Shown here: one piece after another, positions 1-13,592 of the stretch
How the letters are laid out: every line of letters begins with the position of its first letter
Numbering within the stretch: position 1 is the first letter of the stretch
DNA from: Octopus bimaculoides
Taxonomy: Eukaryota
NCBI RefSeq assembly: GCF_001194135.2
Contig: NC_068987.1
Coordinates: 732,795 to 792,185, forward strand
Length of the DNA: 59,391 nucleotides
Direction: 5' to 3'
The notes under the pieces: model-generated
The model's database searches: none
What the model saw: the letters and a program-made list of their open reading frames with translations, nothing else
Told to the model about the DNA's origin: nothing
Made by a program: the position numbers and the translations under genes

Positions 1-62
<62 letters not shown>
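1..62. repeat. (TTA)n microsatellite; probable (TAA)n tail/target of the adjacent RLE LINE 3' end
   Basis: Pure TTA array directly abutting the 3' UTR of the minus-strand LINE remnant. Confidence 0.9.
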
Positions 63-300
63 TTCCGATTGATTTGCATTTTATTTCATCTTCCAACCGG
101 GTCTCAACCACAGACCTAAGGCACGTATATATTAGATGGAGAGAAACTTCCTGAGAATGTGGGCAGTTGATGTCAATACGATGTTTTGAGTCTCATAGAT
201 TGTTGGTTTCCCAGGGATCTGATCAAAAATATTGGTCACTATATTTCTTGATGATTCTATGAAACAGAATCGAAGATTTGCCAATGATGTAATTCATTTA
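63..300 (-). mobile_element. 3' end of a Dong/R4-type (RLE) non-LTR retrotransposon
   Basis: Minus strand translates IIKKYSDQYF/DQIPGKPTIYETQNIVLTSTAHILRKFLSI* (stop 132-134). This is homologous to the C-terminus of the 56355-57047 ORF (GIIKKYSDKYITKTPGLTNIYNIQKIALLGTAHILCKTLSIQ) and is followed by a (TAA)n tail. Confidence 0.8.
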
Positions 301-944
301 CTTATGTCTTTGAGGAAGCACTACAACGCCAAAACCCCTTTCAGAGCCTTTGTCCTTAGTGGAAGGAAGGATGAAAGATTGCACCACAGTTAGTTCTGCA
401 ATGACACCCAACACGTGATCGAATTAGAATGACGCCTGTTTAGTTCTACCACCCCGGGATAAAACACTGTTTGTTACATTCTTTTTTTTTCATTATCTTT
501 GTTATGATTAATCAATGTTAAATATCAACAATACTGAGACAAATGTGTTTGTATACGGTAATGTACCGGTGATCTCAAGGATGGTGAGTTCGTGTCCTGG
601 GGCAGTTATATGATGGAGATGAAGGTCGACACATTTTCAACTGAAAGACTCGAAGGGAAATTATCATTGCAGCTTCCTTCTCTTCTTCATCACAACTGTC
701 ATCTTCATCATCATCATCATCATCATCGTCATCATCATCATCACCATCATCATCAAAAACAAAATCACCATCACTCACACTGCTGCAACCCCTCCAGACC
801 CCACCTCACCACCACCACCGCCGCCACTGTTACCGTACCTACGCGATCAGAATCATTAAACAAACATGAACACCACAACCATCACTGCTACTACCATCAT
901 ATCACAAACACCAACACTACTGACATCACCACCACCACCACCAC

Positions 945-1721
945 NNNNNNNNNNNNNNNNNNNNNNNNNNNNNNNNNNNNNNNNNNNNNNNNNNNNNNNN
1001 NNNNNNNNNNNNNNNNNNNNNNNNNNNNNNNNNNNNNNNNNNNNNNNNNNNNNNNNNNNNNNNNNNNNNNNNNNNNNNNNNNNNNNNNNNNNNNNNNNNN
1101 NNNNNNNNNNNNNNNNNNNNNNNNNNNNNNNNNNNNNNNNNNNNNNNNNNNNNNNNNNNNNNNNNNNNNNNNNNNNNNNNNNNNNNNNNNNNNNNNNNNN
1201 NNNNNNNNNNNNNNNNNNNNNNNNNNNNNNNNNNNNNNNNNNNNNNNNNNNNNNNNNNNNNNNNNNNNNNNNNNNNNNNNNNNNNNNNNNNNNNNNNNNN
1301 NNNNNNNNNNNNNNNNNNNNNNNNNNNNNNNNNNNNNNNNNNNNNNNNNNNNNNNNNNNNNNNNNNNNNNNNNNNNNNNNNNNNNNNNNNNNNNNNNNNN
1401 NNNNNNNNNNNNNNNNNNNNNNNNNNNNNNNNNNNNNNNNNNNNNNNNNNNNNNNNNNNNNNNNNNNNNNNNNNNNNNNNNNNNNNNNNNNNNNNNNNNN
1501 NNNNNNNNNNNNNNNNNNNNNNNNNNNNNNNNNNNNNNNNNNNNNNNNNNNNNNNNNNNNNNNNNNNNNNNNNNNNNNNNNNNNNNNNNNNNNNNNNNNN
1601 NNNNNNNNNNNNNNNNNNNNNNNNNNNNNNNNNNNNNNNNNNNNNNNNNNNNNNNNNNNNNNNNNNNNNNNNNNNNNNNNNNNNNNNNNNNNNNNNNNNN
1701 NNNNNNNNNNNNNNNNNNNNN
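945..1721. other. Assembly gap (N run); representative of many
   Basis: Other large N runs at about 2541-3237, 14273-14494, 19391-20118, 34554-35215, 43413-44015, 49030-49654 and 52236-52433, nearly all flanked by microsatellites. ORFs containing X runs are artefacts of these gaps. Confidence 1.
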
Positions 1722-1775
<54 letters not shown>

Positions 1776-1801
1776 CATCATCATTATTATTATTATTATT
1801 A

Positions 1802-1866
<65 letters not shown>
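1722..1866. repeat. (ATT)n microsatellite with ATC variants
   Basis: Direct reading. Confidence 0.95.
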
Positions 1867-1870
<4 letters not shown>

Positions 1871-3896
1871 AAAATTAGTTTTCAAACGTAAGGCTTGTGG
1901 AGGAACCATGATGTTCTGAGCCTCTGTTGTGGATGTTTCGATGGACTAGTTTGGTCAGGTTTGCGTGAGTTTCTTGTGGTCAGTCAGAGACGAAAGGGAT
2001 ACTAGTTATCGTAAACAGCATCAGGTAATTCTTTAATCCCACTGACACAACTGTGTACGGAGATCTAAGACAGCACGCACTAAGCGCCTCACTCGCTAGA
2101 TTTCTATAATAATTCTCCTTCTTTTTGGACGCGCACCTGTAAATGCACTCACGTATGGATTGACACGAACGTATTTCATACACGCATATACATACGTGCT
2201 TGCCTGCATATCGGTGCTTTTATGTTTATGCATGATAAATATACGTGTTTGTATGTATGTGTATGTGTTTGTGCATGTATATTTTTACATATGTTTGTGT
2301 ATAAATATAANNNNNNNNNNATGTATTTCTTTCTCTCTCTCTCTCTTCTCCTCACTCTTAATGCGTGTTTATGTGTGTGTGTGTGTGTGCTTCCGTGAAC
2401 ATGTTTCGCTGCCCAGGTCCATATAAAGCGAGTGAGTAAAGGACTATTTGTGTGGTCGCGTACGTGTTTCTTAGTCTATCCTCATCATCATCATAATCAT
2501 CATGACCATCATTATTAATCATTGAATTATATCCCCCCCCNNNNNNNNNNNNNNNNNNNNNNNNNNNNNNNNNNNNNNNNNNNNNNNNNNNNNNNNNNNN
2601 NNNNNNNNNNNNNNNNNNNNNNNNNNNNNNNNNNNNNNNNNNNNNNNNNNNNNNNNNNNNNNNNNNNNNNNNNNNNNNNNNNNNNNNNNNNNNNNNNNNN
2701 NNNNNNNNNNNNNNNNNNNNNNNNNNNNNNNNNNNNNNNNNNNNNNNNNNNNNNNNNNNNNNNNNNNNNNNNNNNNNNNNNNNNNNNNNNNNNNNNNNNN
2801 NNNNNNNNNNNNNNNNNNNNNNNNNNNNNNNNNNNNNNNNNNNNNNNNNNNNNNNNNNNNNNNNNNNNNNNNNNNNNNNNNNNNNNNNNNNNNNNNNNNN
2901 NNNNNNNNNNNNNNNNNNNNNNNNNNNNNNNNNNNNNNNNNNNNNNNNNNNNNNNNNNNNNNNNNNNNNNNNNNNNNNNNNNNNNNNNNNNNNNNNNNNN
3001 NNNNNNNNNNNNNNNNNNNNNNNNNNNNNNNNNNNNNNNNNNNNNNNNNNNNNNNNNNNNNNNNNNNNNNNNNNNNNNNNNNNNNNNNNNNNNNNNNNNN
3101 NNNNNNNNNNNNNNNNNNNNNNNNNNNNNNNNNNNNNNNNNNNNNNNNNNNNNNNNNNNNNNNNNNNNNNNNNNNNNNNNNNNNNNNNNNNNNNNNNNNN
3201 NNNNNNNNNNNNNNNNNNNNNNNNNNNNNNNNNNNNNTCCTTCAGTACCAATTTCTCCCGCATCCACAGATTCTTCGAGTCTTCCTCATTTAAACACCCA
3301 TTATATTCTTTTATCAACACAGCACATTGGTAAGGTGTTGCACTCAACGATAGCCACGAGACCTATTTACACAAGATACTGATGTACTCTACAGCTAGAC
3401 ATATACACACACATACATATATACATACATACATGTATATATATATGTTTGTGTGTGTGTGTGTGTGTAAATGTGTATATAAAGTAATACATTATATGTA
3501 TAGATATATAATTGCACGAAAGGAACAGGAAAAGAAGAAAAGCAAGATAAAATAGTCCCTTTTTACACAGACACACGCGCACCTATACATACATACATAT
3601 ATATATATGTAGGTATACACATAGATATGTGTATATATATAACTAATATATATATACACGTATATATATTTGTGTCATGTTATACATATATATATATATA
3701 TGTATACGGAAAATAACACACACACACGTATATATTTCAGATGTCTATATCCAATTAGGATTTATAGACGCTTACAGAAGCTTAATTATAAAATGAGTGT
3801 GTTGATGTTTTCTATCTCTGTCTTAATGCTCCCCTCCCACCTTTTACACCTTACATCACGAACATAGTGCTTATGTAGACTCTCACTTTGCCCTCA

Positions 3897-3953
<57 letters not shown>

Positions 3954-4899
3954 AACACAGACATATATCGAAACACACACACACACACACATATGCATAT
4001 ACATATACACACATAATGACAGAGAGGTGGGAGGAGACAGAGAGGAACGGTGTAATGTTTAGGTACAATTTGCTTAAAAGCAAATTGTCTGTAATCTCGT
4101 ATATGTTTGTGATATTTATTGCGAAACACACACACACACACATATGCACATTCTTATATAAGAATATTTGTCTGTTTGTTTACGCGTGCGTGCTTGTGTG
4201 TGTGTGTGTGTGTGTATGGTATATTGTTCGCCAGGATTATTACGTGCATGGTAATACTAATAATAAAGAAAAAGGAGAAACATTTAATGATGATGATGAT
4301 GATGATGATCATCATCATCATCATCATCATCTTGATCATGATCATTATAGCAATACTAATAATGATTTCTTTATTAGCCACAAGGTTTCGAAATGATAGA
4401 AAAAGAAGAAAGTTTCAGGAGGGGTTGCAAAGGGAAAAAAATATTACGTGGAGTCGGAAAGAAAATAATTTTTCCAAATACGAAGAGAGAAGTCGAGAAT
4501 TTGAATGTTGTTATAAAATATACGCAAGGAAAGACTCAGAATTTTAAACACACGCATCACTCACACATCCGCACATGTATACGTGCATAAACACATAGGC
4601 ACATGTATATGTATCCAAAAATTTGCATGGAAATAATTAAGTGTTGAATAAAACTTAGAACAATTAAAACAGGTTATAATTTAAAGGACTAAAACCTGAA
4701 AGATTACTATTTCAGCTGACTTAGGCTAGTCGGAGACTCTGTTTATTTTACCATTTACTTTCCGTTTGAGTGCAATCAAATGCACCAAACTTTTGATGTT
4801 GGAAAACATGATATTCCGTTTTAAATTCGGTATAATATTTTAGCTTTAATTTTATAAACAGTCTATCTTTTGCATGCTGTTTATATTCTGAACCTGTTT

Positions 4900-5300
4900 T
4901 TTCTATGGATCATAGATGCATAATTTTGTCAGTAACTTTTTACTTGGATTCTGAAGAAAGATGGATTTTAGTTCATCGTTATCCATATTTTTTATTATTT
5001 TTCTAACGAGGGAATTCGTTGTTATTTCGACGAAACTCTTCATCTTCACCGCTTTTTTTTGCTTTATGTTTGTTTTTTGGGACGTTTTCCCTTTATCCTT
5101 TCGTATGTTCCTCTGCAATTATTTTATCCTCATCGCTCGTGAATTTGTAATCCTGCAAATTGATTCTTTTAATTTACAAGGTATTTGCTCATCTATTTGT
5201 GATACTTGGCCTTCTGATATTTCAGTCTTCATCGCAAAGGTCTTGGTTGGTGCTTCTCTGCGAAGTGGGGTTCGTCCATCTCCTTTTTGTTCTGCTATCA
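4900..5300 (-). mobile_element. Degenerate Penelope-like element, RT N-terminal region
   Basis: Broken frames give RINLQDYKFTSDEDKII (cf. INLS..LT..E..LL), KDKGK (ADKG motif) and FLQNPSKKLLTKL (cf. Y..L..DPT), in the expected order. Motif comparison is from memory. Confidence 0.45.
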
Positions 5301-5349
5301 AGTTTCATTATTTTTATTCGTATATTTAATAAAGCCCATCGTATAAATC

Positions 5350-5572
5350 TCTGTGTGTTCATCCTCTACTCCGACCCCACCGTTTGACAACCGGTGTTGG
5401 AGTGTTTACGTTCTGGTAACCTAGTGGTTCGGCAAGGAAAGAACCGACAGAATAAGTATCAAGTCTTAAAATTTAAAATAATGTACTGGAGTCGATTCAT
5501 TCGATTAATAATTCTTCAAGGCAGTACCCCAGCATGGCCACAGTCTAATGACAAATAAGTATAAAATAAAGA
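5350..5572 (+). mobile_element. SINE-type repeat, family B (GTAACTTAGCGGTTCGGCAAAAGA...GCATGGCCGCAGTC)
   Basis: Similar to copies at 22610-22830, 35275-35483 and 36491-36607; ends in an A-rich simple tail. Confidence 0.7.
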
Positions 5573-5575
5573 TAT

Positions 5576-5632
<57 letters not shown>

Positions 5633-5647
5633 CACTTACATGCAAAT

Positions 5648-5680
<33 letters not shown>

Positions 5681-6124
5681 CTCACACACATAATACATAC
5701 ATGCACACACACAAATATTTTAATAAACACACATAAAAACACATATATGTGCGTGTGTTTGAATTGCGTACGTTTGTGTGTGTGTGTGTGTGTGTGTGTG
5801 CGCGTGTGTTTATGTGTGTATGTATGAGTGTGTGAGTGTATGAGTGCATGTGTGTGTGTGTGTGTGATCAATACTATATATAGCAAAAGTATATTAGTGT
5901 TGCCATCGATAACACTGAGTGAAATTATTATTTCTAGACAAATCGGNNNNNNNNNNNNNNNNNNNNNNNNNNNNNNNNNNNNNNNNNNNNNNNNNNNNNN
6001 NNNNNNNNNNNNNNNNNNNNNNNNNGGGGGTGGGGGTGGAGTAAAGTCTCTGGGGTTGTTGTCTTTTTCTTCTCGTTGTTGTTGCTGATGGTGTGGTGTT
6101 GGACTTGTTTTCCAGTAATATGGT

Positions 6125-6168
<44 letters not shown>

Positions 6169-6291
6169 CGTCTATAATTTTTTTGACGCTTTTGCTCTTT
6201 GATGGCTATATGTATACGAGAATATGTGTGTGTGTATGTATGTTTGTAAGTATGCATGCATGTATGTATGTATGTATGCGTGTATGTATGT

Positions 6292-6322
<31 letters not shown>

Positions 6323-6345
6323 NNNNNNNNNNCGTGTATGTATGT

Positions 6346-6380
<35 letters not shown>

Positions 6381-6564
6381 CATGCATATATGCACACACA
6401 CACATATACACATAGATATAAATAAATCTATCTACACTGATAGGTATGTATATATTTGATCAGGGTTAAAATGGTAGCCATAGATTCTTTGTTATGTAGT
6501 GCCATGATGATTTATTGTTTTCTAACCCTAGGTTGCCAATGAGGGAATAAAACTATGATTAAAT

Positions 6565-6690
6565 TCATCCCAACCATGTCCATCCTGTCTGTATTTCAGC
6601 AGAATTCCAAAAAATCATGTTATGTCCTTCAAATTTTGAATCGGTTGGCTATTATTGAAGTGAGATTTGTCTGTTATTTCAAGTTACTTG
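6565..6690 (-). repeat. Dispersed repeat family C (CTGCTAGAAATAGCAGCCAAATCTCCCTCAAAT..., AAC-tailed)
   Basis: Reverse complement aligns by eye with copies at 17175-17350, 31855-32170 and 46730-46870. Confidence 0.55.
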
Positions 6691-6744
6691 TCGATGTCGG
6701 CTTCCGTCCAGATCACCGCTGCTTAAGTAAGCTATCATTCCTCA

Positions 6745-7513
6745 TAATGTCCCCACAGACATTATGGCAAACTGACATCTCAGTGTTCGAAGAAGTCTTC
6801 AAAAGTAACTGGTAGCGACTTCTCTTGAAAATGAGCAAAATCTGACATCGCGCTGTTATCAATCACCCGCAGAAAACCGCTTCAGCCGCGAACGACAGTC
6901 ATGCTGGAGCATCATTACAGGATGACGCTCCAGCTTTATCAGTAGTGCAAAAGTAGGCACCTGAATTTTGGAGAGGAAGGGAGAATCTTGAAGATAATCC
7001 AAGGTCTGGACGTCTAGCACCACCGAGGAAAACATTGAACGTGTTTACCACATGGTACTGATTGACTATAAGTCAAATAAGTCAAATAACCAATACGCAT
7101 GAGAGTGCTGAGAGTATTCTGCATAATGAACTCGGCGTGAAGAAGCTAGATGCTCGGTGGATGCCACGTCTTCTGACACCTGATCAAAAGCATGTCAGGC
7201 CGATCACATCAAAGGAAAATCTGACATTGTTTGAGGCAGATCCAGCTGGTTTTCTCATCCAGTAAGAGCGTTGGATTTACCACTTTCAGCCAGAGACAAA
7301 GAGAAAATTCATGCAGTGGAAACAGCCATGCTCACGTGCTCCAATGAAATTCAAGGTCGTTTCATCTGCAAATGAGGTGAAGGCCTCAGCTTTTGGGGTG
7401 CACAAGGCATAGTGTTCATTGATTATCTTGAAAAGGGTCACACCGTCAACGGAAAGTATTCTCCCAACTTGATGAGGTTGTTACGAAAGGCTATCAAGAA
7501 GAAAAAAAAACAC
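6745..7513 (+). mobile_element. Mariner transposase pseudogene (3'-truncated)
   Basis: ATG at 6831 (MSKI*HRAVI). Later EFWRGRENLEDNPRSGR, TEENIERV, LHNELGVKKLDARWMPRLLTPDQK (WVP motif), RWIYHFQPETKRKFMQWK and GIVFIDYLEKGHTVNGKY. Stops and frameshifts present. Confidence 0.93.
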
Positions 7514-7997
7514 TTAGGATGACTATCAACTTGCTTTACTGCCCCTGCTGGATCACTTAAATACGTTATTGGATATTTGAAAATATAGCGTTTGGGAAGA
7601 AACTTATCTTGTCAATCGTTCAATTCAAATCCCTTTCTTGTATGAGTTGACCAACACAAATAATGGAAAGCCTTACATATGAAGTATCAATAGAGGAAGA
7701 ACCTCTTCACGAAAGATAAATACGGGTCTTTGCGTTAGGCTGCAGCTGACGTTTGCTTTGTTGTTATTGTCTTAGATTTGTGTATAGCTCTGGGAATCGA
7801 ACACCTAAACGAGTGCTTTGAAACATCTTAGGAAATGATGACTGTGTCAAGAGATCGAACTGTTAACTGTGTAAGCGTAGGTTCGAATACAGTTGAAGTC
7901 TTGCCTTTTAAATACATTTCGGAGAAATTTTGTTTTATTTGTAAATAGATAGTAGTAGAAAATATAGAAAAAAAGTAAAAGCGATATAAAAATTTAC

Positions 7998-8032
<35 letters not shown>

Positions 8033-8058
8033 TGTATGTATGTATGTATGTATGTATG

Positions 8059-8096
<38 letters not shown>

Positions 8097-8339
8097 NNNN
8101 NNNNNNNNNNNNNNNNNNNNNNNNNNNNNNNNNNNNNNNNNNNNNNNNNNNNNNNNNNNNNNNNNNNNNNNNNNNNNNNNAACAAAGATAGATAGAGAGA
8201 GAGAGAGAGAGAGGGGGAGAGAGAAAGAGAGAGAGGGAGAGAGAGAGGGGGGAGAGAAGGATGAGGTGGTGGTAGCTGTAGATATATTTGTAAACATTGG
8301 CGTATTTAAAATAGGAAATGTGATGTCAATAGTTGACTA

Positions 8340-8399
8340 TGATTGATGGATCAGAGGTGGGGGGAGGGGGGAATAGGCGGCAGCAAGGATTATAGGCTT

Positions 8400-8437
<38 letters not shown>

Positions 8438-8970
8438 TGTATTAGGCTGCACTGAACTGGATCTGGTGACGTCTGGATCACAACTGGTTCTAAAAATGGA
8501 TTGTTTCTAATTTACATTCGTCCTAACTCGGCTGTTTTGCTTCATTCCCTTTCGTCTTTCCCACTCTTCCCCTTTACCATTTCTTCCTCTCCTCCTCTTC
8601 CCCTTTCCTTCTTCCTCTTCTTTCTCTTCTTCTTCGACATTTACTCCACACCCTCACCCCACCCACCTCTCACCAGGATCCAGGATCGATCGATACGACT
8701 GGATCGTAATTTTCGGGGATTATTTTAGTCGCGATCAAATCTTGTTGTTGTTGTTGTAGTTTGTGTGATGGAAACGGTGGTGGTGGCGGCGGTGGTGGTG
8801 GTGGTGGTGTTTGATTGGTGTTAGTGATAATGGTATCGGTGGTTCTATTGGTATCAATGATGTTGGTGTTGGTGGTGTTGGTCGAGGTTAGAGTGGTGAT
8901 GGGGGTGGGGGTAGCGAGGAAGGGATATTCTTGGAATAGATTCACAGAATTCGATCTGATCAATGGAATA
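8340..8970. promoter_or_regulatory. Possible gene 5' region or UTR exon(s)
   Basis: CRE-like TGACGTCT at 8467-8474. A polypyrimidine tract (8520-8670) ends in caccag|G, a + strand acceptor with exon start at 8677; the same bases read G|GTGAG as a minus-strand donor. No convincing protein. Confidence 0.25.
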
Positions 8971-9224
8971 AAAAAGAAAATTATTGTTTAAATATAGCTG
9001 AGCTCTTGTAAATGGTGTATTTTTGTGGCGGCTGTAGTATCGGACTATTTGTGTGTCTGTCTATCTGTCTGTCTGTCTGTCTGTCTGTCTGTTTTTTGCT
9101 GTGTCTGTCAGTGTGTCGTGTATGAAACAGGGGAACATTAAAGTAAGGAGTAGAGGAGTGATGGAACCGGCTGGAAATGTGACCATCCGTGTAAATTGTT
9201 TTTGCTGTTTGACATTTTCTCAGG

Positions 9225-9375
9225 GGGAGTTATGATTAAAGGCAACCCGGCCATGACCATCCTACCTTTTCCAATGAGAAGACAACTCTGGACAAAATGA
9301 TCCAATGAACCTTTACTCTTTTCTAAGAAACTAGGGGGTTATTTGAGGGTTATTTGTCTGCTAATTTTAAAATGT
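9225..9375 (-). repeat. Dispersed repeat family C copy
   Basis: ttatgattaaaggcaacccggccatgaccatcc...ttatttgagggttatttgtctgcta is the reverse complement of the family C body. Confidence 0.6.
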
Positions 9376-9608
9376 CTGATGAGCCCGTAGAAGGACCCTT
9401 GTTGTTTTTTTTGTTTTATTGTATTAAGGGAGTAATGGGGTGGTGCGAATGAATATGTGAGTGAGTGAGTATTTATTTGTTTGCATAACGAACTGGGTTC
9501 AGGGAGTGGGGGGAAAGTGGTGAGGGAGTAAGAGGAATTAAATAATAGCTCCCAATTTAGGTACAGGGGGATTTAGTGATTGGGGGGTAAGATGAGTAAC
9601 GGGAAGTA

Positions 9609-9652
<44 letters not shown>

Positions 9653-9910
9653 GAAGCGAGAAGGATCGTGAGAAAATTAAGGTCAGAGAAGTATAAAAAA
9701 TCTTGAGCAAAAGAAAAAGGGAAAGAGAGAAAAGGGATGAAGAGAAGTAATGAAAGACAAAGGCATAGGGTTTCGAAAGAGAAGGAGGGGGGAGTGATTA
9801 ATTAGAGGAAAGGTGTGGGGGTGAGAGAAAGGAAAAGGAAAGGAAAAAAAGCCAGTGATAGAGAGTAAGGGATCACTTTTGAACTTGTTCTTAATATCAA
9901 CACCAGTCCT

Positions 9911-9953
<43 letters not shown>

Positions 9954-10099
9954 CCATGTTTGTCAGAGCTGTTTCGCCGCGAATATATTTAAGTTGGGAT
10001 GAGCTTCGTCCCAATATTGTTTCAAGCACTTCATGTATCCGATGGGAAATTTGATTAAAAAAAAAAAAAAGAACTACTGTCTTCTCTTCTTGCCTATAG

Positions 10100-10137
10100 A
10101 GCAATGATTTGCTTCGGTTCAGAACCTGATGTTTGCA
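10100..10137 (+). CDS. Candidate small exon (38 nt), unknown host gene
   Basis: cttctcttcttgcctatag| ... |gtgagt. Only one frame is open: AMICFGSEPDVC. May be a UTR exon. Confidence 0.35.
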
Positions 10138-10249
10138 GTGAGTAGTGATAATATTAAAATTCAGTTCATTTTTTTTGTAACGTAATGAAATCACATTTTT
10201 TGGTTTGTGATGGTGGAAGCTTACAGATATTCTCTATCACATAGTCGTT

Positions 10250-10990
10250 TCGGATGCGTAAAATCACCAAGACCAATTACATGACAAACCGATCACCCAT
10301 GGTGCTTAATAAGGTGAGCTGCCATTCACAGACATCCTACATGTTACAAGACTTCTCTCTCAGCCACGAAAGACATAAGATTGATGTTCGATATCTTCCT
10401 AAGAAAAATATGTTGACATTTCTCAAGTATTTTAATACGACATCGTAACAAGATCTTTGTGGCCAATGATTTCAACAGGAATGTCATACAAACACTATAG
10501 ATGCATAGCTTGGGAAGCAGTTTCGAGTCCCTGCCTGACCGAACCCATTTCTCTTTCGGTCTCAGATGCAAATTCAACTTCAATTTCGAAATCTAGGGAT
10601 TCATCTCAGGAGAAAGAACTGCCAAGTTACACAAAGTATCCTCTGCATCATGTCTGATTCTTTGAATAATATTTGGTTCTTCATAAAATCACTCCTGGTG
10701 CAAATGGAAACATAACACGAGATTTCTCCAGGTTTATTGCAAGTCCCAAAACTGTAGAAGCCTTGAAGAAGGGGTTCATTATATATTAATATAGTGTTCC
10801 AAATGGACGAGAGGATCCCAATCATCAGCGCATAAAATCTGTGAAGTTGTCTTGTAAAACCTTTTGATTTAGCTTTGAAACGATTCTGATTAAACAGTTT
10901 ACTTGTCGTGTGACGGATAATGAAGATGCCATGATCACAGATCTCAATTGAATAAGCAATCACTTTAGCAAAATATATCGGGAATAAAGT
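10250..10990 (-). mobile_element. Degenerate RTE-clade LINE, RT C-terminal region
   Basis: Frameshifted QILCADDWDPLVHLE (YADD motif), FKASTVLGLAINLEKSRVMFPFAPG, YEEPNI and KLCIYSVCMTFLL...RIKILEKCQHIFLRKI...EVL, matching RTE/BovB RT domains 5-7 and the thumb. Confidence 0.8.
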
Positions 10991-11076
10991 CAACGCAGGT
11001 AAATCCCCCTACACTCCTGCAATGACATGCAAATGTGGAATGCATACAGGACATATACATACATAAACAATTATAA

Positions 11077-11126
<50 letters not shown>

Positions 11127-11265
11127 AACACANNNNNNNNNNNNNNNNNNNNNNNNNNNNNNNNNNNNNNNNNNNNNNNNNNNNNNNNNNNNNNNNNNNN
11201 NNNNNNNNNNNNNNNNNNNNNNNNNNNNNNNNNNNNNNNNNNNNNNNNNNNNNNNNNNNNNNNNN

Positions 11266-11318
<53 letters not shown>

Positions 11319-11504
11319 TACACCAACATATCCACAAAGCGCCGTCTTGATTTAATGCAAGAGGCTTGAATTTTGTTGGTGATTGTTTTGAATTCTGCAG
11401 TGGGGGGGGGGATGAAGTAAATCTTAAAGAACAAACAGCATACATAATACATACATACATACATACATAAGCACACACACAAAAACACACACACGCATAT
11501 ATAA

Positions 11505-11541
<37 letters not shown>

Positions 11542-11639
11542 AGGAGAGAGAGACGGAGGGAGGGGCAGACGGGAAAAAGTTTGATAGTATCATCTTCATA
11601 ACTATATGAATGGTGAAGACATTACAATGTTTATTTGGA

Positions 11640-11950
11640 TTTTGACCATTAGTTTGACGTGTCCTCCATAATTTATAAATTTAAGTGTAATTGTGAAAAT
11701 TGTAAACTTCACGACTCTAACTATTATACTGGTCATACAAGTGTAACATCTCATGCTAGTTCACTATTACATGAAAGATAACATGCAATTTATTACTGTA
11801 TACAACGCAAGAAAATCAAATAGAAAAACCATTTGTAAATAACTCTCGTGTCTCTACAGAATTCTTCATAAAAATTGGCAATTTATGATGGAAGACTTTC
11901 TCATAACACAGGTCTATACTTCATTAAACTGGTCACAAACATGGATACCA
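11640..11950 (+). mobile_element. Penelope-like GIY-YIG endonuclease remnant
   Basis: IYKFKCNCENC...YYTGHTS...LHER*HAI resembles the PLE pattern VYKF.C..C...YIG.T...RL..H...AI. Confidence 0.5.
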
Positions 11951-12702
11951 CCTTGCTGATCAGGATTAAATGTAGAGGTCAATATGCAAATGTTAGCGAT
12001 ATCTTCTATATCAATTAATATTGAAGCTAAACTCTAAAGAGGCAATAACACGCACCAAAATCAATTTTTATTTTCTTAATTTTTCCATCGACAATGCATA
12101 TAATCATATCATAGATATACCGTGGTTTGCGCTCATAATCCATGTATAGTAAGATGACAGGTTCCCTTCAAATTAGACAGAACCTCGCATCGTATTCAAA
12201 TATTTGAATAATTTTTTAAAAAACTTTCTGTCACAAGATAGATGCATGTGCTGGTTGAAATCGCTCTATATTTACTATCGTCCATAAGTCGGAAGCGTGA
12301 AACAAGGTGTGACGGTTAGTGAAGATTCTTGAGCTCTCTCTCTCTCTCTCACTCTCTCTCTCGCTCTCTCTCTCGCTCTCTCTCTCTCACTCTCTCTCTC
12401 TCTCGCTCTCTCTCTCTCTATATATATATATTATATATATATACATTTATATATACACATACATATATAAGTATATATATGAATATGTGTGTGTATAGAT
12501 ATACAAATACACACACACATACATATATATACTTACATATACACGCATATATATTAATATTAATAATAAGGAGATAATATTAATAATGATTTAATTTATT
12601 TGCCACAAGGGCTAAGAATGAGGGATATATGCATATATAAAGATAGATAGATAAATAGGTATGCATTTGTTACTGAAGTTTCTGGTGTAAAACTTAAATA
12701 CA

Positions 12703-12762
<60 letters not shown>

Positions 12763-13545
12763 TAGATAAACACAGAGACAAATAGCTAGATAGATATGCA
12801 TGCATGTGTGTGTGTGTGTGTACCTACGCGTCTGTGCCTCTTTACTTATGCATGTACGTTTGTGTGTATATATGTATATTTATGCATGTGTGTATATGCC
12901 GATACTTTTCTGTGTGTATACTCTTTCCGAAATATCACTAATTTAATCCATTCCCAAGTTAACTAGGTTTCCATTTTCCGACTCTTATTTCAATTATTAC
13001 CTCTCCGTACATCTCGCCCTGCGCACACGCGCATGCGCACCAACGCCCTCAGACACAGGCGCATTTATGTATGTATGTATGTATGTGTCTGTATGCATGT
13101 ATGTATGTATGTAGGTATGCATGTATATATGTGTATGTGTGTTCGTGTGTGTTTGTGTTTGTGTGTGTGTGTGAGTGTGTGTGTGTGTGAGTGAGTGTGT
13201 GTGTGTGTGTATGCGTGTGTGTGTCACTTTCATTCTTCTTTTCGTCCTCTTTCGTTTCGCTTTTCTTTCTGCATAAATTTTCTCAATTTATATATTTATT
13301 TATTCTTTCTTCCCCGACCTCCTCAATCATTCCCAGCTTTCATTCTTCTTTTCATTCGTCTCCTTTGCTTCTTTCAAACGATTTTTTTCCTGATTGTTAT
13401 TTTTTATGCCATTGTGGTTTCATTTTACTTTCGTTTTTATTGCATTTTCTCTTCTCTCTCTTCCCTTTCATAAGTCCTTTTTTTCCTTCCTTCCTTCCTT
13501 CCTTCTTTCTTTTCTCCGTTCTTTAAAATGTGTCTTGATTTTTAG

Positions 13546-13592
13546 CTCGTCGTTTCTTCCTGAAGTATCATCAAGACGACAATAGTGTGTGA
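13546..13592 (+). CDS. Candidate terminal exon (xRRFFLKYHQDDNSV*)
   Basis: Follows a ~300-nt polypyrimidine stretch and ttgatttttag acceptor; AATAAA at 13650-13655. No homology recognised. Confidence 0.2.

Noticed and set aside
592-3382. Long ORFs (246-426 aa) spanning N runs, and similar ones at 19-20, 34-35, 43-44 and 49 kb
   Set aside because: Length comes from N gaps and microsatellites (poly-H/I/L, CVCV, YIYI); not coding evidence.
8670-8963. 97-aa minus-strand ORF with poly-P/poly-Q
   Set aside because: Starts at TTG, composition is driven by ACC/AAC repeats, and there is no domain; at most UTR.
13028-13039. Perfect NRF1/Ewg-type palindrome CGCGCATGCGCA (also 44078-44089)
   Set aside because: Embedded in alternating purine-pyrimidine microsatellite context, where such words arise by chance.
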